A DNA stretch of 64,000 nt from an uncultured delta proteobacterium (GCA_963723215.1 CAVRQG010000036.1:903-64902); one strand, 5' to 3'. Positions 52,557 through 62,464 are shown, counted from the first letter of the stretch. Notes: generated from the letters alone by a model not told the origin. Made by a program: numbers and translations.

Positions 52557-54758
52557 GTGTCGGCTGACGTCCCAAAGATCCCCTCTCTGACTCTTAAACA
52601 GCGAGCCAAGGGAAAGCATCGCTACTATATTTTCGCTTTTTTCAACGCCTTTTCATGGGCGTCGCTGGCGGAAGGTGTGGTTATTCTTCTGTTGCTCCGT
52701 TTAGGCGCCACCGAGACATGGGTAGGTATTGTCGCCTCTTTGCAGTATATCACGCTGCCTGCCATGATCCTTGGTTATTACACGGTTCCCAAGCGGGGGG
52801 TAACCGGCACCGTCGGATTATTTTGGGTTCTGCGCAGCTGTTCGGCCGCATTTATGATTGCGGCTCCCTGGTTTCTGAAACTTGACGGTAATCTATCGCT
52901 GTGGTTCATGCTTTTAGGGTCTCTTGGGTTTATGACGGGTCGTGCGGCAGGATTGATGGCCTTTACCGGAATCATCACTGAGTTGACCACCGCCCAGGAT
53001 CGGGGGGAACTGATTTCAAACTCCTCTAAAATCGCTCAGTTTGGATCGATTCTGATGACCCTTGTCATGGCTGCCTTTCTGGGCGCCACGGCCCCCGTCT
53101 ACCGGTATCAAATCCTGCTTGCTTTCGGAATGGTCTGCGGTTTGGTGGCGGCCAACGCGATATGGCGGGTGCCGGAAGCCGGCATTTTTCACAACACCCC
53201 TCCTTTTAAGCTTTGGCAGGAACTCAAATGGAGCCTTGCCACCAGTGGTCGGCAATGGTTTATGGCCATGATGATCGGAATTCCGGTGACCCAGGGCTTA
53301 ACCTACGCTTTTGGGATTCTGATCGCTAAACAAGGATATGGCTTGACCGACCAAAAGGTGATGTTATTCTTTTTGGTCGCCACAGTCGGTGGTATCATCG
53401 CCTCCTACACTTACAGTGTCTTTCTAGATCGGGTTGGGTCCCGTCCACTGCTGGTAATCACCGGTTTTATGGATCTTGGTGGGGTAATCTTGGTGATCCT
53501 GCTGCCAGTGGAGTTCAATGCGTTTTTAATCGCCATTCTTTTCTTTGTAAATGGATATGTCTCTATAGCGCTGCATGCCGCCATGCAGCACTATTTCATC
53601 AGCATCTCTCACAGTCACAGGGAGCATCAACTGGCCCAGGGGATCATTACCCGGGCGCTGGGGGGTATCACAGCTGGTTTGGCACTGAGTCTGGGCGGCT
53701 GGGTGCTCGAAGTGATCAAAACTTCAGGGGCTATGGCTGCCGACCCGTTGCGGCATTTCCGTTGGTTCTATTGCGGGCTGGTGATACTCTTAATTGCCCG
53801 CACTGTAATTTTTTTTAAGATATCTCCTCTAAAATCCCAAGGAATCCGGAATTCACTTAGTGCCTTATTTTCTCCATGGGACTGGCGAGCTATTCATGCC
53901 GTCAAACGGGCACTGACGGTTCAACGGGAAGATGAAGAGTCCAGGGCGCTGCAGGCCTTGATGCAATCCGGCTCGCGGATTTACCAGGCAGACTTGGAGC
54001 GCTATTTAGATTCACCTAGTATCTTTATTCGCCAAAAGGCCATGAACGCCCTCGTCCGTGCTCAGCCCAGCGAGGAATTAATTGCTATTTTGCAAAAGGA
54101 CCTTCAGGTTAATCAATTCACCACGGCCCATCTTGCAGCCTACTGGTTGGGGCACTGGAAGGTGACTGCAGCCGTTCCGCTGTTGTGCAACGCATTGGGC
54201 AGCGATGATTTTATGTTGAGCGGTGCAGCTATTCACGCGCTTGTGGAGCTTGACGAGCGCAGTACTTTGAGCATGGTTGAAAAGCGCTTTTCAGAATCGA
54301 GAAATCCGTATGAGCTCATAGAAGGAGCCAGAGCCTTATCCCTGTGGGGAAATCAGCAATACTACAAAGTACTGCTTGGTAAATATCTCCTTGACATCCC
54401 CCCCCAGGCCAAAGACGAGTTGTCTTTATCTGTGGCGCGCCTGCTGGGCCTTTACGATTCTTTTTATTCCGACATGGGGCTATGGCACCGGGAAGCCTCC
54501 CAGCTTCTCAGCGAGTGGCAGGAGCGCTTTGCACATCGGGACAGCGCAGGTTTGATCGATGCGGTTCGATCGGGCAAGCCGCACAGAGAGCTTTTTGCAG
54601 GAGCGCTAAATCACCAAAGCGGCCGTTTTCAGACCTGGTTTTATGAGGATACCCAAACATTTTTCCGGAAACTTCCGCCACAGCTCCATCAAGAAACTGC
54701 ATTTCTGATGGCTTTCTTGTTGCTCTCCGATTTCGGCCTGCATATCTATTTCGATTAG
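52557..54758 (+). CDS. MFS transporter fused to a C-terminal HEAT-repeat domain
   Basis: About 12 TM helices with DRGELIS and DRVGSRP MFS loop motifs, then a helical-repeat tail (YLDSPSIFIRQKAMNAL, AVPLLCNAL); GTG start behind GAGG. Confidence 0.8.
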   Translation: MSADVPKIPSLTLKQRAKGKHRYYIFAFFNAFSWASLAEGVVILLLLRLGATETWVGIVASLQYITLPAMILGYYTVPKRGVTGTVGLFWVLRSCSAAFMIAAPWFLKLDGNLSLWFMLLGSLGFMTGRAAGLMAFTGIITELTTAQDRGELISNSSKIAQFGSILMTLVMAAFLGATAPVYRYQILLAFGMVCGLVAANAIWRVPEAGIFHNTPPFKLWQELKWSLATSGRQWFMAMMIGIPVTQGLTYAFGILIAKQGYGLTDQKVMLFFLVATVGGIIASYTYSVFLDRVGSRPLLVITGFMDLGGVILVILLPVEFNAFLIAILFFVNGYVSIALHAAMQHYFISISHSHREHQLAQGIITRALGGITAGLALSLGGWVLEVIKTSGAMAADPLRHFRWFYCGLVILLIARTVIFFKISPLKSQGIRNSLSALFSPWDWRAIHAVKRALTVQREDEESRALQALMQSGSRIYQADLERYLDSPSIFIRQKAMNALVRAQPSEELIAILQKDLQVNQFTTAHLAAYWLGHWKVTAAVPLLCNALGSDDFMLSGAAIHALVELDERSTLSMVEKRFSESRNPYELIEGARALSLWGNQQYYKVLLGKYLLDIPPQAKDELSLSVARLLGLYDSFYSDMGLWHREASQLLSEWQERFAHRDSAGLIDAVRSGKPHRELFAGALNHQSGRFQTWFYEDTQTFFRKLPPQLHQETAFLMAFLLLSDFGLHIYFD

Positions 54759-54817
54759 TCGTAATAGTTTGCTGAAAAGTTGGTCACGGTTTATGTTGAT
54801 CATTCGTCTCTCCCAAC

Positions 54818-56104
54818 CTAAGACGCGCAATGCGTCTGCAGCATCGGCAGCAAATCGCCCTGGTCGTCGAACTGCATCGGTTGGGCATCCCGAATAATCT
54901 TCAGCCCCGTTTGGGCCCTGACCTGCTCGGCCAGAGCCTCCGAAACCGCTATTTTTTGAATCTCCAGCGTATTGTTGATCCAAACCACCTTGGCGTTTTG
55001 GGGCTCAACGTATCCCACGGTGTTCAACGCGGTCTCCAGGGCTTGAGTGTCGGTGGGCAAGGTGATGGGAACCGCCGCGCCCGAGGGATGAAATCCGCAG
55101 ATACAGTTGAGATCAGTGCTGGCCTTGTCCATTTGGTCAACCACCTTCTGGTGGCAAAACTCGGCCAAACCGATGCCGGAGGCATTGCCGTGGGTTTGCC
55201 CGGTCAAGCCCCGCACGTAAATCCGGGTCACTTTGGGAGTCTCGGATGGGTCGGCCCGGTGATCATTGTATTTACGCCCAATGATATTGGTGTCCATGCC
55301 GGCACCGGAGATGTTTTTACCGATTTGATCGATGATTAGCAGATCGAGTTTCTCAAAGGGGATGGAAGGCATCAAGGACTGGCTCAGAGCCTGCAGCTCC
55401 ACTTCCCGCGGGTAGAAATCTGCGGGGGCAACCCCATGAATCGAGGCCGTGGTATAATTCTGATTTTCCACGATGCCCAGACCAAAGGCGACCTTGCAGG
55501 TCTTAATCACCTCAGTGCCCACAGCCCGTATGATGTGATCCCAGGAATAGTCCTGAATGGCGCGATGGTAGATTTGAGCACCGTGATGTTTGCCCATGCC
55601 GATAAGCATCATCTTATGCAGGCCCGATTGGATGGGTCCGAAAAAATCCGTATGCGGTCTGATCCGGTTGACCACCGCCACATGATCAGCCCGGGATGCG
55701 TGTCTATCGCAAAACACCGGTACCCCTTCGGAAGTTGAGCCGACCTGCACCACTTCCATTGATGACCTGATGGGAGCTCCCACATAATCCTCGGTAACGC
55801 CATAACCCTCAACGATAGCCAGCTGCCCTTCAGCGGTGCCGCCGCCATGGCTTCCCATGGCTGGAATGATGAAGGGTTCGGCCCCAAGCAGCCTCAGTTC
55901 CTTGACTATGGATTTGATGATTAGGGCTATGTTTGCGATGCCCCGCGAGCCGACCGTGATGGCGATGCTGTCACCCGGGCGGATGGTTGATTCGAGCCCC
56001 AGTTGGGATATTTCCTTTTTTACGCCACCCGCAATATCGGTGAGTTCAGGAGCCTCGAATTGTTGTTCCACTATCATCATTTTGGGAAAATTCATGATAT
56101 TCAA
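54818..56104 (-). CDS. LarA (lactate racemase)-like / DUF2088-DUF362 family isomerase
   Basis: ITVGSRGIANI, PAMGSHGGGTAEGQ, NRIRPHTDF, KMMLIGMGKHHGA..H, GKNISGAGMDTNIIGR. Confidence 0.8.
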   Translation of the reverse strand: MNIMNFPKMMIVEQQFEAPELTDIAGGVKKEISQLGLESTIRPGDSIAITVGSRGIANIALIIKSIVKELRLLGAEPFIIPAMGSHGGGTAEGQLAIVEGYGVTEDYVGAPIRSSMEVVQVGSTSEGVPVFCDRHASRADHVAVVNRIRPHTDFFGPIQSGLHKMMLIGMGKHHGAQIYHRAIQDYSWDHIIRAVGTEVIKTCKVAFGLGIVENQNYTTASIHGVAPADFYPREVELQALSQSLMPSIPFEKLDLLIIDQIGKNISGAGMDTNIIGRKYNDHRADPSETPKVTRIYVRGLTGQTHGNASGIGLAEFCHQKVVDQMDKASTDLNCICGFHPSGAAVPITLPTDTQALETALNTVGYVEPQNAKVVWINNTLEIQKIAVSEALAEQVRAQTGLKIIRDAQPMQFDDQGDLLPMLQTHCAS

Positions 56105-56108
56105 TCTT

Positions 56109-57404
56109 TTAGAACTTATTGGGCATCAACAAATCCGGCAGGGCGGTAACGAACCAGGGAAAGATGGTAATCATTATCAAGACGATCACAAGCGGCAGCA
56201 GGAACGGAAAGGTCGCTTTGATCACCCGCTCAAAGGGCATTTTAGACACCCCGGCCATGACAAACAAGACCACGCCAAAGGGTGGCGTCAAAAGGCCGAT
56301 CATTAGGTTCAGAACCATGACCACGCCGAAATGAAGCGGGTCTATGCCGACCTTGGTGATAACCGGCATCAGCACCGGACCCAGGATGAGAATGGCTACC
56401 ACCGGTTCCATGAAACAACCGACTATCAGCAGGAACACATTGATGCCTAGTAAAATGACCAGAGGTTCTGTGCTCATGGCACCGATGCCTTCGGCCAGCG
56501 AGATGGTCAGCCCCGAGCGCATCAAAAGCCAGCCGAAGAAATTGGCCGCGCAGACGATAAAGCCAATGGCCGCAGTTTCTTTGGTGGTGGCGATGAGTAT
56601 CGGGCCAATATCTTTCAGGGCGATTTCCCGATACACCAACAGCCCCAACACCAAAGCATATGCCACCGCAACAGCGGCTGCCTCGGTGGCTGTGAAATGG
56701 CCGGTCCAAATTCCACCCAATAGAATTGCCGGGGTCAGCAAGGGCAAAATCGCTTTGGCGGTGTACCCCAGAAGCGTTTTTAGCGGTGGGAACGGGGAGC
56801 GCCGATAACCTTTGCGGGATGCATACCAGCTAACCATCAACATCAGCAAAACGGTCATAAACAAACCGGGAACAACTCCGCCCAAAAATAAACGGCCGAT
56901 GGACAACTCCGCCACTAATCCGAAAATGACCATTGGGATACTTGGCGGGAAAATGGGACCGATGGTGGATGAGGCTGCTGTGATGGCTACGCTGAAATCG
57001 TCGTCGTATCCTCCCTCACGCATGGCCTCCAGTTCAATCTGACCCAAACCCGCTGCGTCAACCACCGCCGCACCGGACATGCCGGAAAATATCAGGCTGG
57101 CCACGGTATTGGCGTGGCCCAAACCGCCCGGTAGGAACCCGACTATGGCACGGGCAAAGTTAAAAATACGGTGGGTGATGCCGGCCGTGTTCATCAGCTT
57201 GGCCGCCAGAATGAACAAAGGGATGGCCAGCAGCAGGAAGTTATTGACGCCGGATTGCATCCGCTGCGCCAACATGTCAACGATGATCCGACTCCCTGAT
57301 TCGCTGATGTAGCCCAGGAAGCCGACGATTCCCAGGCTGTAACCGATAGGGATACCGATCACGAATAAAACGACCAAACCGAGAGTAACAATATAAAGGG
57401 TCAT
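56109..57404 (-). CDS. dctM: TRAP transporter large permease DctM
   Basis: LLAIPLFILA, SGMSGAAVVD, IFPPSIP, TATEAA, TPPFG. Confidence 0.93.
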   Translation of the reverse strand: MTLYIVTLGLVVLFVIGIPIGYSLGIVGFLGYISESGSRIIVDMLAQRMQSGVNNFLLLAIPLFILAAKLMNTAGITHRIFNFARAIVGFLPGGLGHANTVASLIFSGMSGAAVVDAAGLGQIELEAMREGGYDDDFSVAITAASSTIGPIFPPSIPMVIFGLVAELSIGRLFLGGVVPGLFMTVLLMLMVSWYASRKGYRRSPFPPLKTLLGYTAKAILPLLTPAILLGGIWTGHFTATEAAAVAVAYALVLGLLVYREIALKDIGPILIATTKETAAIGFIVCAANFFGWLLMRSGLTISLAEGIGAMSTEPLVILLGINVFLLIVGCFMEPVVAILILGPVLMPVITKVGIDPLHFGVVMVLNLMIGLLTPPFGVVLFVMAGVSKMPFERVIKATFPFLLPLVIVLIMITIFPWFVTALPDLLMPNKF

Positions 57405-57417
57405 CAGATACTCCCGC

Positions 57418-57888
57418 TTAGCGCTGTTGAGCGGCACTGAACCGCCCTGGGAAAAAGTCTTTGAGTAGGTTGACCAGCAAATACCAAATCGTCAATACCC
57501 CGCTGATAAGCAAGCCCAGATAGAGATAGCTCAACCGCATCCAATCCATGCTGGGCGCGTAAAAATCCCAGTTGTTCAAAAAATTGAGGTAGGCGCTCCA
57601 AACGAAAATCACTCCAAAGGCCAATATCAGCAGGTTGGAGACCACGCGTATCATCCGGCTGACCGCCAAAGGCAACCGATCGATAAGGATCGCAATGCGG
57701 ATATGCTCGTTGCCATCTATCAGGGTGGCAGCCCCCAAAAATACGATCCAAACGAACAGAAACCGCGCCAATTCCTCGGTCCACATGGACGAAATGACAA
57801 AAATGTCACGGGCCAGTATTTGATAGAAAGTAGTCAGGAACATCAGTGCCAGGAGCAGCCCATTGAATCGATCCACCCATTTTTTCAC
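57418..57888 (-). CDS. dctQ: TRAP transporter small permease DctQ
   Basis: WTEELARFLFVWIVFLGA...HIRI; GTG start. Confidence 0.92.
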   Translation of the reverse strand: MKKWVDRFNGLLLALMFLTTFYQILARDIFVISSMWTEELARFLFVWIVFLGAATLIDGNEHIRIAILIDRLPLAVSRMIRVVSNLLILAFGVIFVWSAYLNFLNNWDFYAPSMDWMRLSYLYLGLLISGVLTIWYLLVNLLKDFFPGRFSAAQQR

Positions 57889-57913
57889 GACCGTCTACCT
57901 TTCTAAAACTCTA

Positions 57914-57949
57914 AATACCCGCCCGGCCAAAGCGGCGCGGACGGGTATT
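57914..57949. terminator. Hairpin downstream of dctP
   Basis: AATACCCG-N20-CGGGTATT imperfect stem. Confidence 0.45.
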
Positions 57950-57975
57950 GATCCAGACATTTAGCATGTTTGGTT

Positions 57976-58971
57976 TTATTTAATATTACGTACTTTTTCC
58001 AAAAGACCCGGCACAAACATGTTTTGGTCCAACCAGTCCATGGCCGGTTGGACGGCTTTGGCAAAGGCTTCCTTATCAACCTCTACAATGGTCATGTCGC
58101 CTTCGGACTGCAAGCGTTCGGTGAACTCCTTGTCCGCCGCCAAGGCCATGTCATTGGCGTATTTGGTGGCATCTTTCCAGCATTCAAGAATCAGTTCCTG
58201 GTTTTTTTTATCAATAGTATCAAACCATTTCATGGATATCTGGTATTTGCAGGCCGAGTAAATGTGCTCGGTCATCATCATGTATTTTTGGGCCTCATAG
58301 AATTTGAGGGACCAGATTGACTCCGGCGGATTCTCCTGGGCCTCGACCACACCGGTTTTTAGGGACATGTAAACTTCCTGGAAGGGAATCGGAGTTGGCT
58401 GGGCACCCAAGGATTCCCATACCTTCATCCAGGGCTTGATCTCCGGCAGCCTGAGTTTGAGGCCTTTTACATCCGCCGGATTTTTTATGGGGCGATTGGC
58501 GGTCAGGTTACGGGCTCCCCGGTAGACGATCCCGACTGTCATGACGCCCTTTTCCTTCAAGGGAACGTCATTGATAAGCTTGCCCACCGGACCGTTCCAG
58601 AATTTCCAGAAATGATCATAGTCCCTGAGGACGTAAGGCACTTCGAAGACCAGGTATTTGGGGAAGAAAATGGAGATATCGCCAGAGCCCATGGCACCCA
58701 TTTCCAAGCCACCGTTGCTCATAGCTTGAAAAACGTCCCGCTCTCCGCCCATGGCGCCCAGGGGATGGATCAGGACCTCAAACTCGCCGTTGGAGCGCTT
58801 TTCAAGCAATTCCTTGAACTTCAGCTGGCCCTTGAAAACCGGAGCGCCCGGACCGAATGTGGAGCCAACGTTGATTTTCATTTTTGCCATGGCAGGCCCG
58901 GCCATCAATCCGATGCAAACCATCAGGGCCAAAGTGGACAATAAAAGCTTCCTTCCCATTTTTCTTTCCAT
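57976..58971 (-). CDS. dctP: TRAP transporter solute-binding protein DctP (probable sugar acid/carboxylate)
   Basis: Signal peptide; GARNLT, DVKGLKLR, EVYMSLKTGVVEAQENP. Confidence 0.93.
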   Translation of the reverse strand: MERKMGRKLLLSTLALMVCIGLMAGPAMAKMKINVGSTFGPGAPVFKGQLKFKELLEKRSNGEFEVLIHPLGAMGGERDVFQAMSNGGLEMGAMGSGDISIFFPKYLVFEVPYVLRDYDHFWKFWNGPVGKLINDVPLKEKGVMTVGIVYRGARNLTANRPIKNPADVKGLKLRLPEIKPWMKVWESLGAQPTPIPFQEVYMSLKTGVVEAQENPPESIWSLKFYEAQKYMMMTEHIYSACKYQISMKWFDTIDKKNQELILECWKDATKYANDMALAADKEFTERLQSEGDMTIVEVDKEAFAKAVQPAMDWLDQNMFVPGLLEKVRNIK

Positions 58972-59219
58972 TTTTCCCTCCTAAAGTTAGTAGTATAAAA
59001 TTAAAACAATATCCCTCTACCACTCCAGACGGTTTAATAGTCGAAGCTTCAGACCATTGTCAACCAAATTTTATTTTATCATTGAAAACCGGGTCCTGGG
59101 GGCCAGGTCAGTCCACCTGAGGCGGATTGCCATGATTGAATGCCCTGGGATAACGGCACGATTCCATTCGATACCTAACGCAAAACAACACCCTTTTAAA
59201 AATCAAGCACATTTTTTTC

Positions 59220-59301
59220 TTGACAGACCGTTCGCAGCCGTTTAATATGGAAAAAATTTCTCACTTATTTTATTATTTTTTATATTATGGAAAAAATTTC
59301 C
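59220..59301 (+). promoter_or_regulatory. Sigma70-like promoter with two repeated operator boxes TATGGAAAAAATTTC
   Basis: TTGACA (59220) N17 TAATAT (59243); 15-bp direct repeats at 59246 and 59286, the second forming the palindrome GGAAA-N3-TTTCC. Confidence 0.6.
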
Positions 59302-59309
59302 TTATTATT

Positions 59310-60182
59310 ATGAGTGAATTCATCCAGCACCTTCAAGCCAATTATTCAATTTTGAGGAAATCAGAGAAAAAAATTGCGGACTATCTGCAGCAGCACGCCC
59401 AGGAACGGCTTGATTTTTCCATAACGGAATTGGCCCGGCGCCTAAAGGTCAGCGAAACGACGGTCAGCCGCTTCTGCCGGGTTATCGGCCTGCAGGGGTT
59501 TCAAGACCTCAAACTGTCGATGGCAGCATCTTTAAACCGGGTGGATGAATTCAAAAATATACCGCCGACGATCCATGAAGGGGATGCTACCCCGGAAATC
59601 GGCCGCAAGTTGTCCGAATCCCTGTCCGGCTCCCTCGCCAAAACCCAGCAAAGCTTAAATGTCGAAGACATGGACCATGCCATTGAAGCCATTGCCAAAG
59701 CCCGGCAAATCTATTTATACGGCATCGGCGGATCAGCCATTATTGCCCACGCAGCGCATCATTTGTTTACCAAAGCCGGTCTCAACTGCGTGGTCTACAC
59801 CGACGGTTATATGCAGACCGTTTCGGCGTCCATGCTGAAACCCAAAATGGTCGCACTCTGTGTCTCCAACACCGGCATCACTAAACACGTGGTCGATGCC
59901 GCTAAGATAGCTGCCGAACAAGGTGCGCTAACCATCGGCATGACCAGTGATCGTGAATCAGCCCTGGCCCGGGCTTCCAAAATATGCCTGGCAACACCAC
60001 TTGATTACAAAGACAAGCCCCTTTATGGCGGGGCCATCGACGCCAAAGTATGCCAGCTGTACCTGGTGGATTTATTATACCTGGGGGTTTTGTTTAAGTT
60101 GGGCAAACCCTTAAAGCGCAACTTAAAAGCCACCGCCGATGCGCTGGGAACCTATTACAATCCCATTGGGATGCAGCTTTGA
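59310..60182 (+). CDS. MurR/RpiR family transcriptional regulator (HTH + SIS)
   Basis: LRKSEKKIADY, SITELA...SETTVSRFCR...GFQDLK, GIGGS, SNTG. Confidence 0.93.
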   Translation: MSEFIQHLQANYSILRKSEKKIADYLQQHAQERLDFSITELARRLKVSETTVSRFCRVIGLQGFQDLKLSMAASLNRVDEFKNIPPTIHEGDATPEIGRKLSESLSGSLAKTQQSLNVEDMDHAIEAIAKARQIYLYGIGGSAIIAHAAHHLFTKAGLNCVVYTDGYMQTVSASMLKPKMVALCVSNTGITKHVVDAAKIAAEQGALTIGMTSDRESALARASKICLATPLDYKDKPLYGGAIDAKVCQLYLVDLLYLGVLFKLGKPLKRNLKATADALGTYYNPIGMQL

Positions 60183-60218
60183 CGGAAAAAACATTCAGCT
60201 AGAAAAGGATATCGTGAA

Positions 60219-61292
60219 ATGAGCACAGTACCCATGTTACAATTTGCCTTAGATTTCATTTCCCTGCCTCCGGCCATCGCCGTAGCGTCTAAAACGGCAC
60301 CCCATGTCGACATTTTTGAAATCGGCACGCCTCTTTGCAAGGCAGCCGGGTTGGATGCCATTCGTGCCGTACGCGAAGTTTGTCCGGACAACCTGATTCT
60401 GGCGGACTTTAAAACCCCCGATGTCGGCGGGCTGGAAGCCAAAATGGCCTTTGATGCCGGAGCGGACCTGATGACGGTCATCGGGGGTGCCCCCATGGCC
60501 ACCGTCGAATCCGCCCTGAAGACTGCCAATGAATACGGCAAAGAAATACTCATGGAACTCACCGGTGTTCGGGACATCATTGCCCGCGCCACGGAATGGC
60601 GACAGGTCGGGATCGAATGGATGGTGTATCATCGCGGTTGGGACGAAGAGGCCTCCAACCGCCAGTGGTCTCAAGACGACCTGGACACCATCCAACGCCT
60701 GATCGACATGGGATTCAAAGTTACGGTTACCGGAGGGCTGACCAACGAAACCATTCCGTTTTTTCAAAACATTCCAGTCACTGCCCTGATTACCGGCCGG
60801 GCGATCCATGCCGCCAAAGATCCGGTTGCTTCGGCGATGGAAATCAGATCCACAATTTCCCGCCTCTGGGGAGCACCCCGGCCGGATTACCTGTCACCGG
60901 CAGGAACAAATACCGATTTCGATGTTGCCGCCAAGGCGATCCGTTGGGGCATTAGCGAAATGGATCTACTGTTAACCACCGATGGAAACGATTGTCCCGG
61001 CTGTGATGCTCCCGGGAATTTTTGTCAGGGAACCACAACGGCCATCTTTGTCCCTGACAACATCAACGTCGATGATCTCATCGGGGCAATCGAGCGGATC
61101 ATGGGGCCCAGCAATGCCTTCGGAAAGGTCAACCATGCCGCTTTCTATCTCGATCCGGCCCAGATCACCGGATATTCACCGGCCGGCGTCATCCAGCTAT
61201 TGACGGCGGCCGGCAATGCACTGGCCGGGCTCGGACACCGGGTTGATTTAAATGCCGGTCTGGCTGCAGCCAATCAGGTTCTCGGGTACTAA
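60219..61292 (+). CDS. OMPDC-superfamily UlaD/HPS enzyme with an extra ~140 aa C-terminal domain
   Basis: LQFALD, EIGTP, DFKTPD, ELTG, YHRGWD, GFKVTVTGG, GR; the barrel ends at RLWG (~aa 218). Confidence 0.85.
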   Translation: MSTVPMLQFALDFISLPPAIAVASKTAPHVDIFEIGTPLCKAAGLDAIRAVREVCPDNLILADFKTPDVGGLEAKMAFDAGADLMTVIGGAPMATVESALKTANEYGKEILMELTGVRDIIARATEWRQVGIEWMVYHRGWDEEASNRQWSQDDLDTIQRLIDMGFKVTVTGGLTNETIPFFQNIPVTALITGRAIHAAKDPVASAMEIRSTISRLWGAPRPDYLSPAGTNTDFDVAAKAIRWGISEMDLLLTTDGNDCPGCDAPGNFCQGTTTAIFVPDNINVDDLIGAIERIMGPSNAFGKVNHAAFYLDPAQITGYSPAGVIQLLTAAGNALAGLGHRVDLNAGLAAANQVLGY

Positions 61293-61360
61293 GCTTTATC
61301 TGGGACACCGCCCGAAAAATTTACACCTGAAGGGCAGCAAGCACGCCAATAACCTATATA

Positions 61361-61416
61361 GGTGTCGGGTTTCAGTATCTAACACCTTCTTTTACTGACA
61401 CCCGAAACCTGACATC
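61361..61416. repeat. Heptamer inverted repeat, same family as 23956-24025
   Basis: GGTGTCGGGTTTCAGT ... ACTGACACCCGAAACCTGACA. Confidence 0.7.
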
Positions 61417-61472
61417 TCAATCTTAGTCATTTACGCACAGTTCATGAACAATCAACAAACAGGAGAACCATT

Positions 61473-61793
61473 ATGGAAAAACAAACACTACAAAAAACGG
61501 CACTCGGCATGGTCGAAACCGTCGGCCTGATTGCCTCGGTAGAGGCGGCGGATGCAATGACCAAAGTCGCCAATGTGAGCATCACCTGTCAGGAAGAAAT
61601 CGGGGGCGGATATGTGACAATCATGGTGCGCGGAGAAATCGGGGCGGTTCAAGCATCGGTGGATGCCGGTGTTACTGCCGCCAAAAAGGCCGGCCAATTG
61701 ATCGCAGGCCATGTCATTGCACGCCCCCATCGTTTTACCGAGGCAATCATTCCCAATGGGGACCGCAAGGTAGTCCGGGCATTGGCAGATTAG
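61473..61793 (+). CDS. BMC-H hexameric shell protein
   Basis: ALGMVETVGLIASVEAADAMTKVANV...IGGG...VRGEIGAVQASVDAG...HVIARPH; AGGAG RBS. Confidence 0.96.
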   Translation: MEKQTLQKTALGMVETVGLIASVEAADAMTKVANVSITCQEEIGGGYVTIMVRGEIGAVQASVDAGVTAAKKAGQLIAGHVIARPHRFTEAIIPNGDRKVVRALAD

Positions 61794-61831
61794 TTAAACG
61801 AGTTAAAGAAACATTGCAAAGGAAATTTAAA

Positions 61832-62431
61832 ATGGAGCTTAGAACCTATATTCTGATAGACTCGATGCAACCTCAATTTGCCGCGCTTACCGGCATCTTG
61901 CTGCAAGGTGATGTGCCGGTGGAAGGAATGGCGGAAGTCTTCATGGAATTAGCGCCTGCCAGCGATGTATACGAGGTTCTGGACACCGCCTTGAAAACCA
62001 CGGATGTTCGCCCCGGCCTGTTGCGGGTCGAAAGAGAGTATGGAACGCTTGAGATTCACAGTGCCTTCCAGGAGGCGGTCCAGGTCGCGGGTCAAAATGC
62101 CCTGTCACGATTCGGGTTGACGGAGAGTGATCGTATGCGGCCGGAGGTGGTCTCCGTCAAAATGGTATCGAAGGTAAACCCGTATGAAGCCCAGCTGGTG
62201 AACCAGACCAGTCGGGGCGGATTGCTGCTTGCAGGTCAGACGCTTTGCGTGCTGGAAATTGCCCCGGCCGCCTATGTATGGTTGGCGGCCAATGAAGCGG
62301 AAAAGGCGGCTAACATTACCCTGGTAAATTATCAGCCATCGGGACGCTATGGTCGTTTGTATCTCGCCGGCAGCGACTCGGAAGTGATGGTTGGTCGCGA
62401 GGCAGCTGTGCAGGCCATAAAGGGCATTTAA
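61832..62431 (+). CDS. BMC-T tandem-domain shell protein (CcmP/BMC-Tdp-like)
   Basis: ELRTYILIDSMQPQFA, ELAPA, VRPG...VEREYGTLEIH, LEIAPAAYV.LAANEAEKAA, GRYGRLYLAG. Confidence 0.88.
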   Translation: MELRTYILIDSMQPQFAALTGILLQGDVPVEGMAEVFMELAPASDVYEVLDTALKTTDVRPGLLRVEREYGTLEIHSAFQEAVQVAGQNALSRFGLTESDRMRPEVVSVKMVSKVNPYEAQLVNQTSRGGLLLAGQTLCVLEIAPAAYVWLAANEAEKAANITLVNYQPSGRYGRLYLAGSDSEVMVGREAAVQAIKGI

Positions 62432-62464
62432 TCCGCCGAAGGCAGACCAAGGAGATCGCTTAAA

